From positions 1 to 64,000 of the forward strand of contig CAWJKZ010000027.1 in NCBI GenBank assembly GCA_963843575.1: 64,000 nt of DNA. The letters run 5' to 3'. The notes under the pieces are model-generated. The model ran no database searches. It was not told where the DNA came from and saw only the letters and a list, made by a program, of their open reading frames with translations. The translations under genes and the position numbers were made by a program. The stretch is from an uncultured Acidobacteriota bacterium (GTDB lineage Bacteria > Acidobacteriota > UBA6911). Of the stretch, positions 42,795 through 54,079 are shown in pieces. Within the stretch, counting starts at the first letter, position 1. Each line of letters begins with the position of its first letter.

Positions 42795-45511
42795 TCACTT
42801 GTTTTGCGGCTGCGGAGTGTCGAGCGCACCTCGAATTCCGTCGCTTGTCCCGGGACGAGCGGGTACCGGGCCAGGCCCGCGCGGCGGTGGCGGCTCGCGC
42901 ATCGTCTCCAGCGAGACCGCGTCGCCGGCCGGGAACAGGACGCTCGCGGACAATTCCTTCGGGGAGCGAGATCCTGTACCGCCGCCTGGACGGCCCCCCC
43001 TCGACGGAGAAGTCTATCGGACCGCGGACGGTTCGGGCCGTCAGCCGGAGAGTGCGCAGGTCGCCCGGCTGCGGCCTGATCTCTGCGCCGATTGAATCCG
43101 GGCTCCAGCGGCCGGATCCCGGCCAGGTTCATGTAGGCGACATACAGCGGGCACGACCGCGCAGTGGCTCCACTGCGAGCCGGAATCGGGTCGCGCGATC
43201 CAATCCTCCTGGATCGTGTTGTTCTGCAGGACCGAGGCGAGCGTGGTCCAGCGCTGCCGCAGGTCGGCCAGAGCCACGTCCCCCCGGCCCGCCTCGGCCA
43301 GGGCCCACAGGCGCCACCCTGCGTTGGCCGGGTACGACAGGCCCATTTCCGCGTGGGCACTCGGCCAGAGACGCGCGCGCCGGGCTCGATCCGGCCGCCG
43401 GGGCACTGCCCAAACAGGATCGACGTCGCGATCGGAACGGTCGCACATGCGCACCCGCCCTTCGCTCCGGCCCCACGGGCGGTTCGCCACAAACACGCGC
43501 CGGTCGGGATCCCAGAATCGCGCGACCGCCGCCTCCAGCAGCGAGGCGCCGAAATCGTCTCGGCGTCGCGCGCGTTGCGCTCGTCCCCGAACGCCCGGGC
43601 GATCGGGGCGAACGCGCAGCGCATCATGGCCGCGGCATACAGGTTGAAGGCGCACTGCTTGTGCCGCTGCTCGAGGTAGGCCTGGTGGTCGATCCAGACC
43701 GCGGGCGTGCCGAGATCCTCGACCGGGAGGAGCCCGTCGCGCCTCGGCAGGCGCGAGAGGTAGTCGAGGAAACGCACGAGCCGCGGATAGGGCTCGCGCA
43801 GGGCCGCGAGGTCTCCCGTGTACAGGTAGTGGTGCCAGCAGTCGAAGTTGAAACCCACGCCGTGGTCCAGCAACGGGCCCCAGCTCGTCAGGCTGACCTC
43901 GCGTTCCATCACACGGGCCAGGCGGTCGAAGGCGGGCCAGCAATCGAGAAAGAAACCCTGCAGGGTCATGCCCTCGCTGAAGGTGCGCAGGTAGCGCGCG
44001 GGAAGCCGCCACTCTCCGCAGCCCGCGTATATCGCATGGATCTGGTGCCCGCAGTCGCCGCTGTACTGCTGCCGTTCGCGACCCATGCCGTCGACGATGG
44101 TCTCCTGCGCCGAGTTGTCGAGCGTGTTGACGCACGCCCCGAGCAGCCGGTTGAGGGCGGCGTCCGAGGTGGCGACGTCCGGCCGCGCGGGCCACGGGTA
44201 GACCCTGCGCCTGACGCCGACGCCGCCGACGGAGACCGGGCGGTCGAACCCGCGCAGGTGCAGCTGCATCCAGCGCAGGGACTCGTAGTCGAAGGTTTCG
44301 AATCGATTGAGCCCCTCCCGGCAGACGAAGCGCGTCCAGCTGAAATGATGTGTGTCGAGCCAGCGGGGTCCGGTTGGGGCGTGCGACTCCTGCGTCATCA
44401 GCTCCACGACCGTCCCTGCGGGCGCGTCGATCGTAAAATGGGGCCACCCCACGATCTGTTCCGTGAACTCGAATGTGAGCGCCGCGGACTTTCCCGCCAC
44501 CGGGTCGATCCGCCAGGATTTCCCCTCGGCGGCCGCCGCGTCGCCCCCGCCGTCGATCTCAAAGGAGCCGGGCGTCTGGCAATCGAAGTATTCCTCGGGC
44601 GGCCTGGACCAGCGCAACCGAAAAGAATCCGAAAGCCGGGCTGCCGGAACTTCAGCTTCGAGCAGCGCCGGGATCTGGCGCGGTCTCAGGAAGCAGACCG
44701 CGCGCTCGCCCCGTGTGTCCATCGAGTAGTCCGTATAGCTCGAGCAGACGGACGGCTTGTCGGCAGGGCAGTCCAGCACCTGCGCCGGCAGCCAGTCGGA
44801 GTCGGGCGCGAAATCGGCTCGGTCCCAGCCTTCCGGGTGGAGCCGAGCGTCGAATTCCTCCTGCAGGGCCCTGAGGTACCAGCGCCGATAGTGGCCCGCG
44901 CGCCACGCCTTCGCCAGGCAGCAACGCCACTGTGCGTCGGACGCGATCACGATGCGCCCGCCGTCGGAACCCTCGAGTTCGAGCCTGAAGATGAAGCCGG
45001 GTTTCCCGATCGGCCAGGTGCCGTCGCCGGATCCGTAGAACAGCACGGTGGCGCCGATGACGTTGCGGCCCGGGCGCAGCCGCGGCGCAAGGTCGACCGG
45101 GTCCACGTCGGGCCAGCGCGGGTCCGAGGGGGCCGGCCCCCACTGCACGCGTTCGCCGTTGACCGTCAGGAAATACCGGCTGTCGGCGGTGACCCACCCG
45201 CGGGCGGCACGGATCCCCGGCGGGACATCGATCACACGGCGAAACAGGACAAACGTATTGGGCAGACAGCGCCCCGAGGGATACCAGAGCCACTGGGCGG
45301 GCGCGAGGTCGATCCTGGTGGGCCCCGGTTCCGGCTGCGGCACCACCACGGCGGCCTGGCCCGTTCCAAGGCATCCGAAACCCGACAGCCCGCCCCCCGC
45401 GCCCAGCGCCGTGCCCGCAAGGAACTCGCGCCGGGACAACGTCGTCTCGGTAATCCCCGGCATCCCGCGCATCTCCTCGGCGGAGTCTTCATGTTTTTTC
45501 ACGGTTTCCAC
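42767..45511 (-). CDS. Tat-exported GH78 alpha-L-rhamnosidase-like protein, frameshifted near the 3' end
   Basis: SRREFL; TADSRY, GPAPSDP, RERQQYSGD, T.QE.W, SH, LAGIRP. Confidence 0.8.
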   Translation of the reverse strand: METVKKHEDSAEEMRGMPGITETTLSRREFLAGTALGAGGGLSGFGCLGTGQAAVVVPQPEPGPTRIDLAPAQWLWYPSGRCLPNTFVLFRRVIDVPPGIRAARGWVTADSRYFLTVNGERVQWGPAPSDPRWPDVDPVDLAPRLRPGRNVIGATVLFYGSGDGTWPIGKPGFIFRLELEGSDGGRIVIASDAQWRCCLAKAWRAGHYRRWYLRALQEEFDARLHPEGWDRADFAPDSDWLPAQVLDCPADKPSVCSSYTDYSMDTRGERAVCFLRPRQIPALLEAEVPAARLSDSFRLRWSRPPEEYFDCQTPGSFEIDGGGDAAAAEGKSWRIDPVAGKSAALTFEFTEQIVGWPHFTIDAPAGTVVELMTQESHAPTGPRWLDTHHFSWTRFVCREGLNRFETFDYESLRWMQLHLRGFDRPVSVGGVGVRRRVYPWPARPDVATSDAALNRLLGACVNTLDNSAQETIVDGMGRERQQYSGDCGHQIHAIYAGCGEWRLPARYLRTFSEGMTLQGFFLDCWPAFDRLARVMEREVSLTSWGPLLDHGVGFNFDCWHHYLYTGDLAALREPYPRLVRFLDYLSRLPRRDGLLPVEDLGTPAVWIDHQAYLEQRHKQCAFNLYAAAMMRCAFAPIARAFGDERNARDAETISAPRCWRRRSRDSGIPTGACLWRTARGAGAKGGCACATVPIATSILFGQCPGGRIEPGARVSGRVPTRKWACRTRPTQGGACGPWPRRAGGTWLWPTCGSAGPRSPRSCRTTRSRRIGSRDPIPARSGATARSCPLYVAYMNLAGIRPLEPGFNRRRDQAAAGRPAHSPADGPNRPRSDRLLRRGGAVQAAVQDLAPRRNCPRASCSRPATRSRWRRCASRHRRAGLARYPLVPGQATEFEVRSTLRSRKTSESGLQPGRD

Positions 45512-45520
45512 ACTCCTTGG

Positions 45521-46444
45521 TTACCTCGGGACATAGCTCCGGCGGGCGTTGATCGTGTATTTTCCGCCAGGGATGGCCACCTCGATGCGGCGGGGTTTGG
45601 CGTCGCCCTCTTTGATCTCGGTCTGATACGCAAGCGCGTAGTAATTCTTGAGCGAATACGCGATCGTTCGGCACACGCCGGTGATGTCCGCCGTCTCAGC
45701 CGGGAACTGCCGGCCTCCCGACTCGCGCATCAACTGCCTCCGGCTGATCTCGTCGCCGCCCAGCGAGACGAGCATGGCCGCTTTGTTGCCGAACCCCAGA
45801 GTCAGCAACGTGCAACCCGATTCCTGCACGTGCTCCACCGTGGCGGGCCCCAGACCGAGGAATCGATTGGAAATCACCAGCAAAGCCTTCTTCGGGTGGC
45901 GCGATCCGCGCAACTCAGCCAGGGCGAGGTCGATGGCCAGGGCCGTCGGCGGCACCCCGCCGAACAACCTTTTTAGGAGCCCTCCCGAGCCATGGGACGG
46001 GACCGAGATGTTCTCGAGGGCTTCGATCATAGGCGCACGATCGATCGTGAACCGCACCTCCAGTTGGGCGTCCGCTCTGCCCAGCGTAAACAGGCAGATA
46101 TCGTCGTCGCGGCCGAGCAAGTGAATGAGTTCGAAGACGAATTCCTTCGCCACGTTGAGCTTTTCGAGCGCGATCGCGCTCGTGTCGAGCACGGTGGCGA
46201 GGCTGACCGGTCGGTCGCTCAAACGCGCGAAGTTCGTGATAGCCACGGGCCTGCCATTTTCCTTGACCACGAAATCTTCCCGTGCGAGACCCTGCACCGG
46301 ATTTCCGGTCGCGTCGAGCACTTCCGCATCGACCGAGACCACCGAGACGCGCGCATTGAATTGAGGCTGGGTCTGATCCTGTGGTGAGGGAATGGCCTGA
46401 GTCGACAACAGCAGGCAGAGCGAGATCGGCAGCCACAAGCGCAT
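45521..46444 (-). CDS. VWA domain protein (acidobacterial VWFA-type)
   Basis: Signal peptide; 'VSVVSVDAEVLD..G.PV.GL.REDF.V.ENG', SGG, Y.L.Y, R.I.V, AR.SY. Confidence 0.82.
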   Translation of the reverse strand: MRLWLPISLCLLLSTQAIPSPQDQTQPQFNARVSVVSVDAEVLDATGNPVQGLAREDFVVKENGRPVAITNFARLSDRPVSLATVLDTSAIALEKLNVAKEFVFELIHLLGRDDDICLFTLGRADAQLEVRFTIDRAPMIEALENISVPSHGSGGLLKRLFGGVPPTALAIDLALAELRGSRHPKKALLVISNRFLGLGPATVEHVQESGCTLLTLGFGNKAAMLVSLGGDEISRRQLMRESGGRQFPAETADITGVCRTIAYSLKNYYALAYQTEIKEGDAKPRRIEVAIPGGKYTINARRSYVPR

Positions 46445-46636
46445 AACCCTCGAGCACGGCACCTTGGCGCCGATTCCCCCCTGCGTCGCGCGCCCGAAAC
46501 ACCCGGCACCTCGGCCCGCCCCGAAAGGGCCGTCTGCGCCGGGTTTTCGAGCGGGAAGCCTTCGCCGTCGCATGAGCCCCTGAGAGCCTCGGAGGTCAAG
46601 CACCAGAGGTCAACTCAGGGGCTCAGAGAGAACCGA

Positions 46637-46686
46637 AGTGCGGCGGGACGAGACCGGATCAGTCCGCGAGCCGGCCGCCGCACTCC
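46637..46686. repeat. Degenerate family A REP hairpin after the Gfo/Idh/MocA stop
   Basis: AGTGCGGCGG...CCGCCGCACT. Confidence 0.6.
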
Positions 46687-46690
46687 ATGG

Positions 46691-48127
46691 CTATCCCAAC
46701 TTGGGGACGACGAAGGGCGCACGGTATTCCCGGGTGAGCAGCTTGTCGGCTTCGGGGTCGTTGACGAACCTCTCCGTCGTGCCGTTGAACTTGAGTTCCC
46801 GGCCCAACCGGTAGGAGATGTTGCCGAGCGACGGGAGCACGCTAGAGCGATAGCCGACCTCGATGTCGCACGACAGATCGGCTTGCTTGCCGGCTCGGAC
46901 GGCCGCGATGAAATTCCCGAAGTGCCCGCCCATGCCCGAGCCGATTGTGCTCAGGGTGTCGGAGGCTTCTTCCTCAATGTTCTTGGAGTCGGGGCCGGGT
47001 TCGCCCTTGCGCCCCAGGAAAGTGCGCCAGTTGCCGTCGGCGTCGATTTCCAGCCACCCCTCGCTGCCGTAGAACACGTTGCCGATCTTCACGGTCCCTT
47101 CGGCGTTGGTCACCAGGCCCCGCGTGGCGAATTCGAGCACGGCGCCGTCCGCGTACTCGAAGGTGCTGGTCTGCGTGTTGGGCGTGTTTTGCGCCGAGTC
47201 GGTGTAGATGTACAGCCCGCCGAACGACCGGACCTTGACGGGGTAGTCCTCCTTGTTGAGACCCCACCGGGCGATGTCGAACTGGTGCGGGCCCTGGTTG
47301 CCCGTATCGCCATTGCCGTACTCCCACTGCCAATGCCAGTTGTAGTGGAAACGGTTGCGGTTGAACGGGAGTTTGCGCGCCGGCCCGATCCACTGGTCGT
47401 AGTGAACCTTGTCCAGGTACGCCTGCGTGTAGGAGGGCATGTCGCCCCCTTCCTTCGTCAGGGTGAACTTCTCGCCCGCGGCCATCGGGCCGTCCGGGTA
47501 GCGCCCGATGTCGCCGCGCGGCTTGAAGCAGAGCCCGCGGGCCATGTAGATCTTACCGAGTTTGCCGCTGTGCAGGAGCTTTATGGCCGCCCGCGTCGTG
47601 AGACGGGACCGATTCTGGAAACCGACCTGGACCAGGACATTGTTTTTGCGGGCCGCGTGCACCATCTGGCGCCCTTCCCACACACCCCAGCAGGCCGGCT
47701 TTTCGACATAAACATGCTTCCCGGCCTGGCAGGCCCAGATCGTGCCGAGCGCGTGCCAGTGGTTCGGAATCGCGAAAGTCACGGCGTCGATGTCCTTGTC
47801 CTCGAATACCCGACGCATGTCCCATTCCGTCTTGGGTGCGTACCCGTGCTTCCCCTGCAGGTACTTTAGTCTCTCGGGGTAGAGGTTCTCGTCGATGTCG
47901 CAGAGCGTCTTGATCTGGACGTTCGGGACGCGGGCAAATCCCTGGATGTGCCCGTACCCCTGCCCTCGTATGCCGATGATGGCCAGGTTGACCCGGTCGT
48001 TGGCGCCCAGGACCTTCCTGGGAGCCTGTGCGGACTGCGCCTTGTTGGCCAGGATCGTCCCGGCCGCCGCCGTCAGCGCCGTGTCGCGAAGGAAGCTCCT
48101 TCGGCTGATACCGTCTTGAACCGCCAT
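46691..48127 (-). CDS. Tat-exported Gfo/Idh/MocA oxidoreductase
   Basis: SRRSFL, IGIRGQG, PNHWH, HVYVEKP, HYNWHW, NQGPHQ. Confidence 0.92.
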   Translation of the reverse strand: MAVQDGISRRSFLRDTALTAAAGTILANKAQSAQAPRKVLGANDRVNLAIIGIRGQGYGHIQGFARVPNVQIKTLCDIDENLYPERLKYLQGKHGYAPKTEWDMRRVFEDKDIDAVTFAIPNHWHALGTIWACQAGKHVYVEKPACWGVWEGRQMVHAARKNNVLVQVGFQNRSRLTTRAAIKLLHSGKLGKIYMARGLCFKPRGDIGRYPDGPMAAGEKFTLTKEGGDMPSYTQAYLDKVHYDQWIGPARKLPFNRNRFHYNWHWQWEYGNGDTGNQGPHQFDIARWGLNKEDYPVKVRSFGGLYIYTDSAQNTPNTQTSTFEYADGAVLEFATRGLVTNAEGTVKIGNVFYGSEGWLEIDADGNWRTFLGRKGEPGPDSKNIEEEASDTLSTIGSGMGGHFGNFIAAVRAGKQADLSCDIEVGYRSSVLPSLGNISYRLGRELKFNGTTERFVNDPEADKLLTREYRAPFVVPKLG

Positions 48128-48286
48128 AAAATCCTCCTGTATGTCATACACTTTTAGCACAAACACCCCGCGCGGAGCTTGATTATTCAGCTTCGGAGCC
48201 GCCGGCGGAAACGCCGGGCGCGGCGCTCTTGAAAACCGGGCATTCAGGGGCTGATCCCGGCAGTATAATCGCTTGCGAGGACGCCG

Positions 48287-49186
48287 ATGCGCAACTGCCG
48301 ACCGATCCTGCTCCTGCTCTTCTTTGCCCTGGTCGCCGCCGCACACTTCGGGGCCTCCGGGCAGCCGGGAGTGCGAAAAAGGCAGATCGTCCGCCAGATC
48401 GACCGCATCCTCGTGGAATCGACGGACCCCCGGGAACTTTACGACCTTTTCACCGGTCCACTCCAGCTCCCGGTTTCCTGGCCTCTGGGTGAAAGCAACG
48501 GCTTCATCAGTGGTGGTTTCGGCACCGGGAACCTCAGTATTGAGGTGTTTCGCTCCGCTTCGACCACCCCGGCGAGGTCCGGGCACCGCCGTGCGCAGTT
48601 TGCGGGGCTGGCCTTCGAGCCATACGCGCCGGTCGCGGAGGTCCTGCCGGAGATGGAGACCGCGGAAGTCGCCCACGGCGGGCTGGAACCTTACGTCTCG
48701 ACGCTGCCTGACCGGTCCCAGGGCGTCGTCTGGACTACCGTCGTCCTCGAAGGCCTGGCCGCTCCCGGGATGCGCGTTTTCCTCTTCCAGTACAGCCCGG
48801 CATTCCTTAACGTGCACGTCCGGCGGAACCAGCTGGCGGGCCAACTCGCCCTCAGGAAAGGGGGACCGCTCGGCATCGTCTCCGTTTCGGAAACCGTCAT
48901 CGGCACGCCGGACCTGAAAAACGACACCGCGCGGTGGCAGAGACTACTCCCCGCAGCCGACGGTCCCGGACTGTGGAAGCCAGGCAGCGGACCCGCGCTG
49001 CGGCTGGTCGCCGACAGGGAGACCCGCATCCGTCGCGTCGTGTTCGAAGTGAGGTCCCTCGAGCAGGCGCGAGCCTATCTCGCAAAGAACAAGCTGCTCG
49101 GCCCCGGCTCCGCCGGTCAGATCAATATCGAGCCCGCACGGGTCCAAGGCCTGAGCATTCGCCTCACGGCCGCGCAGGAACGCTGA
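48287..49186 (+). CDS. Exported VOC/glyoxalase-like hypothetical protein
   Basis: TATAAT 48264-48269, RBS GAGGA, signal peptide, two beta-alpha-beta-beta-beta modules. Confidence 0.55.
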   Translation: MRNCRPILLLLFFALVAAAHFGASGQPGVRKRQIVRQIDRILVESTDPRELYDLFTGPLQLPVSWPLGESNGFISGGFGTGNLSIEVFRSASTTPARSGHRRAQFAGLAFEPYAPVAEVLPEMETAEVAHGGLEPYVSTLPDRSQGVVWTTVVLEGLAAPGMRVFLFQYSPAFLNVHVRRNQLAGQLALRKGGPLGIVSVSETVIGTPDLKNDTARWQRLLPAADGPGLWKPGSGPALRLVADRETRIRRVVFEVRSLEQARAYLAKNKLLGPGSAGQINIEPARVQGLSIRLTAAQER

Positions 49187-49263
49187 CGGCCGGCTCCGAG
49201 AGTCACGGCAGGGCAGGATCATCCTGCAGGTCCGCCTGCCGGCTTGAATGACGGAGAATCCAG

Positions 49264-51203
49264 ATGAACGTATGCCCGGGCTTCCTCGCCTTTGTCGCCG
49301 CGGTCTCGCTGGCTGTCTTCCAGGATCCCCTGCACGCGGCCTTTCCCCAAGTCCACCCCGGACACCCGCGCCTGTTCTTTCGCGCGCAGCCCTGGAATGC
49401 GAGGGGCCTGACGCTGGACGTGCTGCGGCAACGCGCGCAGGCGCCCGGCGCCCGGCGCGTACTCGACGAGTTGGCGCCTTCCCCGCCCAACCTGGCGCTG
49501 CGCAGCCTTCTGCTCGGCGACGACTCGGCCGCCCGACGCGCGGTGGACGGCCTGCAGGAAGCGGTGCGCTGGAGCGAGATCACCACCGACGAAGGGATCG
49601 AGGTGGGCTGGCGCGCCATGGCGTACGACTGGCTTTACGGCCACTCCTATTTCACCCCCGAGAGAAAAGCGCGGGCGGCGCAGAACATCGCCGACGCGGC
49701 CGACAGGCTGCGCGAAGAGCTGGACCACGGCGGGGCTCACATTTTCCACACCCGCATGTACGGGTGGGCCATGGGGATCACCCTCGCGGGCCTTGCCCTC
49801 TGTGGGGACCACCCCAGGGGGAAGCGCTGGCGTCGTACGGCAGCGCATATTTCACCTCGAAGCTTTTCCCGGCACGCCAACTGCAGGACGGCACCGTCCA
49901 CAACGGCTTTGGGTATGGCAGAAAGTACACGATGTGGGCCACCGCTCACTTCATTTCGTGCTGGCTGTCCGCGACAGGCCGGGACCTCTGGCAGGACATC
50001 GCCGAAAACCAGGATGATTGGGCGCGGCGAGAAACACTGTTCCTGTACTACGGCCGATACCCGGACAGGACGTACCTCAGGTTCGGCGACAGCTACAGCA
50101 TCAAGTCGGACGACTACACCTTCAGGGCAATCGCCGAGCGCACCTGGGGCTATGGTGACCCCGTTGGGGCGGCGATCCTGCACCGGCTCGTCCGCGAGAA
50201 CGACGGCAAGGTGGTCGAAGGCCCCTCCGGGTACGTCTACCTCCTCTTTTACGACCCGCAGCAGGGCGGAACCGCCCTCGACACGCTCCCAACCAAGGCG
50301 TTGTTCAGCCGGTCGGGCACCGGCATGGTCGTCTGGAAAAGCGGCTGGAAGCCCGAGGACACCACCGTCTTCTTCAAGTGCGGTAATTACTTCGACGACC
50401 ACGGGCACTTCGATCAGGGCCACCTCGACGTATTCCGCCGCTCGATGTTGCTGCTCGACAGCGGGGCGTACCTGACGTTCGATGGGGCGTTTCGCACCGA
50501 GTACTGGCACCGGTCCGTGGCCCACAACACCGTCCTGATCGTCGATCCCGCGATTCCGGGCGACGAGGGGGGACAGCGCGTGTTCCACAGCCAGACCGAC
50601 GGATCGATGCAGGAATACCTGGCCAACCGGCTTGCGGAGACCGGCGAGATCCTCGACTATCGCGAGACCGCTGGGCTGACCTACGTCGCAGGCGATTTCA
50701 CGGCTGCCTATCCGGCAGACCGTGTCGAGAGGGTGACCCGCGAACTGGCATTCGTGGACGATCGGTATCTTGCGGTCCTGGATCGGGTCACAACCCGCCG
50801 CCCCGGATTGCGGCCGACCGTGCTCTGGCACACCCCCGTCGCTCCCCGTATCGAGACCCGTGGGACCCGGTTCGTCGCCGGAAGAAACGGCTCCAGGGTG
50901 GTCCTCACGGCGCTGCTCCCCTCGGAGGCACGGATGGAGTGGGTTGGGGGATTCGTCGCGGGAGGGAGAACGATTAAGGCCGAAGGAAGGCTGAAGCCCG
51001 AAATGGACATGGGCGCCGGACGGGTGGAGGTAGCGGGGCGGGACGCGGCAACGCGTAACCATCTTTTTCTGCACGTCCTGGATATCGCCGACGATTCCGA
51101 TCCGCCCGGGCGGGTGCGCGCGTCTGCCGACTCGAAACGCATTCGCGTGACGATCGGAAAACGGGAACTCACCTTCGACGCCTCCAACCCCGGCCTCCGG
51201 TAG
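49264..51203 (+). CDS. Heparinase II/III family protein, frameshift ~49820
   Basis: HPRL, RFGD, HGHFDQG, LLLDSG, SVAHNTVL, YVAGD, FLHVL. Confidence 0.8.
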
Positions 51204-51246
51204 CGCAGACCCAAGCCAGGACCGCAGGGGACACCTCACATTACTT

Positions 51247-51275
51247 TTGCCTGCAAGACCGTGCTGCTGTAGCAT
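51247..51275 (+). promoter_or_regulatory. Sigma70-like promoter of the M28 gene
   Basis: TTGCCT-17-TAGCAT. Confidence 0.45.
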
Positions 51276-51318
51276 TGGCGGCTCGCGCCGTCTGTTTTTG
51301 CATGGAAAGGAATACCCG

Positions 51319-53758
51319 ATGATCACACCCAGGGGCCCTGTCAGGTTCGCAGTCATACTCTTCGCGTGCATTTCGCTCAACGCGGCCGGTGCCGCACAGA
51401 ACAGGCGGAAAACCGCACCGCCGCCGGCCGCCGGGCCGACGACCGTCAAGGTGGACGGCAACGTCATCAAGTCCTACATCGGGTTCATGGCGGCCCCCGA
51501 CAAGGAAGGGCGGAAGTCGCTGACACCGGGGTTCGAAAAGACGGCGGAGTGGGCCGCGGCCAGGTTCAAGGAGTGGGGACTGAAACCTGCCGGCGACAAT
51601 GGGACGTTCTTCCAGGACGTACCGATCACAGGACGGCGCACCACCTTCGCCTGGACGACCGGCATCCCGGTCCTGACGGTGGACGATCGCACTTTCAGCA
51701 TCAAAGACAACGACTTCACCCTGGATCCCGCCTCCACGCCAGCCACACAGGCGAACGGCGAGGTGGTCTTCGTCGGCTACGGCATATCGACCGCAGGCAA
51801 GGGGCTCGACGAATACGCGGGGGTGGACGTCAAGGACAAGATCGTGCTGGCGTTCAAGGGCTCGCCCAAGGACGCCCCCGCCGCCCGCGGCATGTTCGGC
51901 ATCAATCCGCCGGAACCGAAGCACCCCGAGCCGTGGACGGAAGAGTCGACAGATCAGGCCAAAATCAAGACCGCCTACGAGAAGGGAGCGGCGGCGATCC
52001 TCCTCTTCAACCCGGACAAACTGGCCCTCCCCAACCCGTTCGGCGGTCAGCAACAGCCGCAGCAGCCAACGATGGCGCAGATGTTCGGCATGGGTCGCGA
52101 GGTCGAAGGCTCGCCCTACACGAGGCCCTTCCTCGTCGTGACGGACGTAAACGAGCGCGTGTTCCGGGAGGCTTTGTGGCGCGACCCGCAGGAGTCGGCC
52201 CGCGGCTTCGTGGGCCGCATCGACCAGATCCGCCGCGACATCAGGGACAAGAAGGCCCGCTCGCAGGCGACCGGCGCGAAGGCCACGGTCAAGGGCTACG
52301 ATACCACCCAGTTCTACGGTGAGAAATTCAAGAACAACACGTCGCACAACGTCATCGGCAAGGTCGAGGGGACCGACCCGAACCTGGCAGGGGAGTACAT
52401 CCTGATCGGCGGACATCTCGATCACGTGGGGATGACCAACGACGTGATCTACAACGGAGCCGACGACGACGCCTCCGGCGCCGCCACCACGATGGAGATG
52501 GGACGGCTCTTCGCGGCCAATGCCGCCACGCTCAAGCCGAAGCGGACCGTGATCTTCGCGCTCTGGTGCGGCGAGGAGATGGGATTGCTCGGGTCCAGCC
52601 ACTACGCGAAATCTCCCTCGGACGGCGTGAAGATCGATAAGATCGTCGCCAACTTCAACCTCGACATGGTCGGGCTCGGCGAGCGCATCGGGGCCCCGGG
52701 CGGGCTCAACTTCCCGGCCCTGTTCAACGTGATCATGAAATATCAGGAACCGGACGTGGCCAAGGTCGTCGACGCGTCCACCGGAGGTCCGGGCGGCAGC
52801 GATCACTCCGCGTTCATCGAACAGGGGATCGAATCGCTCGCGCTGATGACGAGCGGCGGGCGTCGGCCACCCCGATTACCATGACTCCGGCGACAAGACG
52901 GAAAAGATCGACCCGGAGATCCTGCGCAAGACCGGTCAGTTCGTGCTCCAGGGGGCCATCAACCTGGCCAACGAAACCTCCACGCCCCTGCTCGTCCCCG
53001 ACCGGCTGCACCTCTACCACGGGATGCGGCTCATCCCTCTGAACCTCGAGGAGGCTCGTGCCGGCGGCGGGCGCAGCTTCATGGGCGCTCAACCGAACCC
53101 GCAGGGGCCACGGTTCAACGTGGGCCTCAGCGACTCGTCCGCCTTCGGCGGCAACCTCAGCCTCATCGACCTGGCGGCGAAGCTCCTCTCCGTCGGGCGG
53201 GTGGAAGTGTCCAGCCGCGGCGACGGGCAGTGGTTCGGCTCGAGTGGCCTCACCGAACGCGGCCGCGCAGCCGTGAAGGCGTTCGAGACCAACGGCGTGG
53301 TCATCAACCTGAACAACCCGTCCGAGCGCCTGCTCGACGACATGCTCGAAGTTGCCGGGAAACCGTTTATCGTCTCGAACCTCGCGCGCGGACTGGACGC
53401 CGATACCGCCAGGCGCATCAATGAAAAGAACGTCCTGGTCGCCGTGGCCTGGGACGGCGCGGCGGCCGCGAAGCTGATCGGCCTGAAGAAGCTCATCGGC
53501 GATTCCGACAACCTGCTGCTCACGACGCGGCTCGCGGGCCCGTCGGCGCTCTCTGAAATGGGTCTCCCCGACGGAGCGGCCCGCCCGGGACCCGACGAGG
53601 CGAAGCAGAAAATGTACCTCGATCTGATCAAGGCGGGCTGGACCAAGGACGAGATCTACGCGATGGTCGGGGTCAGCCCCGCGCGGACCGGCCAGATGCA
53701 GATGCCCCCCGCGGGTCCCCCCCAGCTCGGCGGCAACCTCGCCAGGCTGTCCCAATAA
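51319..53758 (+). CDS. M28 peptidase with PA domain and C-terminal degenerate dipeptidase-like domain; frameshift ~52865
   Basis: GGHLDH, GADDDASG, GEEMG, NLDM, SDH, DYH; PA 'VVFVGYGI..DVKDKIV'. Confidence 0.85.
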
Positions 53759-53778
53759 GCGACGGCGCCTGCCGTCAA

Positions 53779-53950
53779 GTGCGTTCGGGCCTCAGAGGCT
53801 GTCCAACGGTTCATCTGCCCGATCCAAACAGAATACGGTCCGGGCTTCAGCCCGGACGCTGTTTGCGGTCGCTATAACCTGCGCGCCTGTCGCCACATAG
53901 ATCAGATCAAAAGACGTCCGGGCTGAAGCCCGGACCCACTTGGGCAGACT
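53779..53950. repeat. Lone MITE end + family B REP doublet
   Basis: GAGGCTGTCCAACGGTT 53795-53811; palindromes 53838-53857 and 53916-53935 in inverted orientation. Confidence 0.8.
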
Positions 53951-54079
53951 TGGGCAGGGAAAAGCTTGCCTGCCTGGCGGCCGCGGGTTATGGTAAAGGG
54001 CCACCTGCAAGGCGCCACGTCCCTCCTCCCCGACGTGCCCTTCACTCCCGGCCATCCGGGAGTTCCATAGGGCTATGGA

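Noticed and set aside
42740-45976. 1078-aa plus-strand ORF (also 26588..29134, 11067..13370, 22432..24117)
   Set aside because: Antisense shadows of real genes in high-GC DNA; no motifs.
46485-46625. 6S RNA, SRP RNA or tRNA
   Set aside because: Lacks the SRP GGAA/AGCAG motif, a 6S-type central bubble and a cloverleaf.
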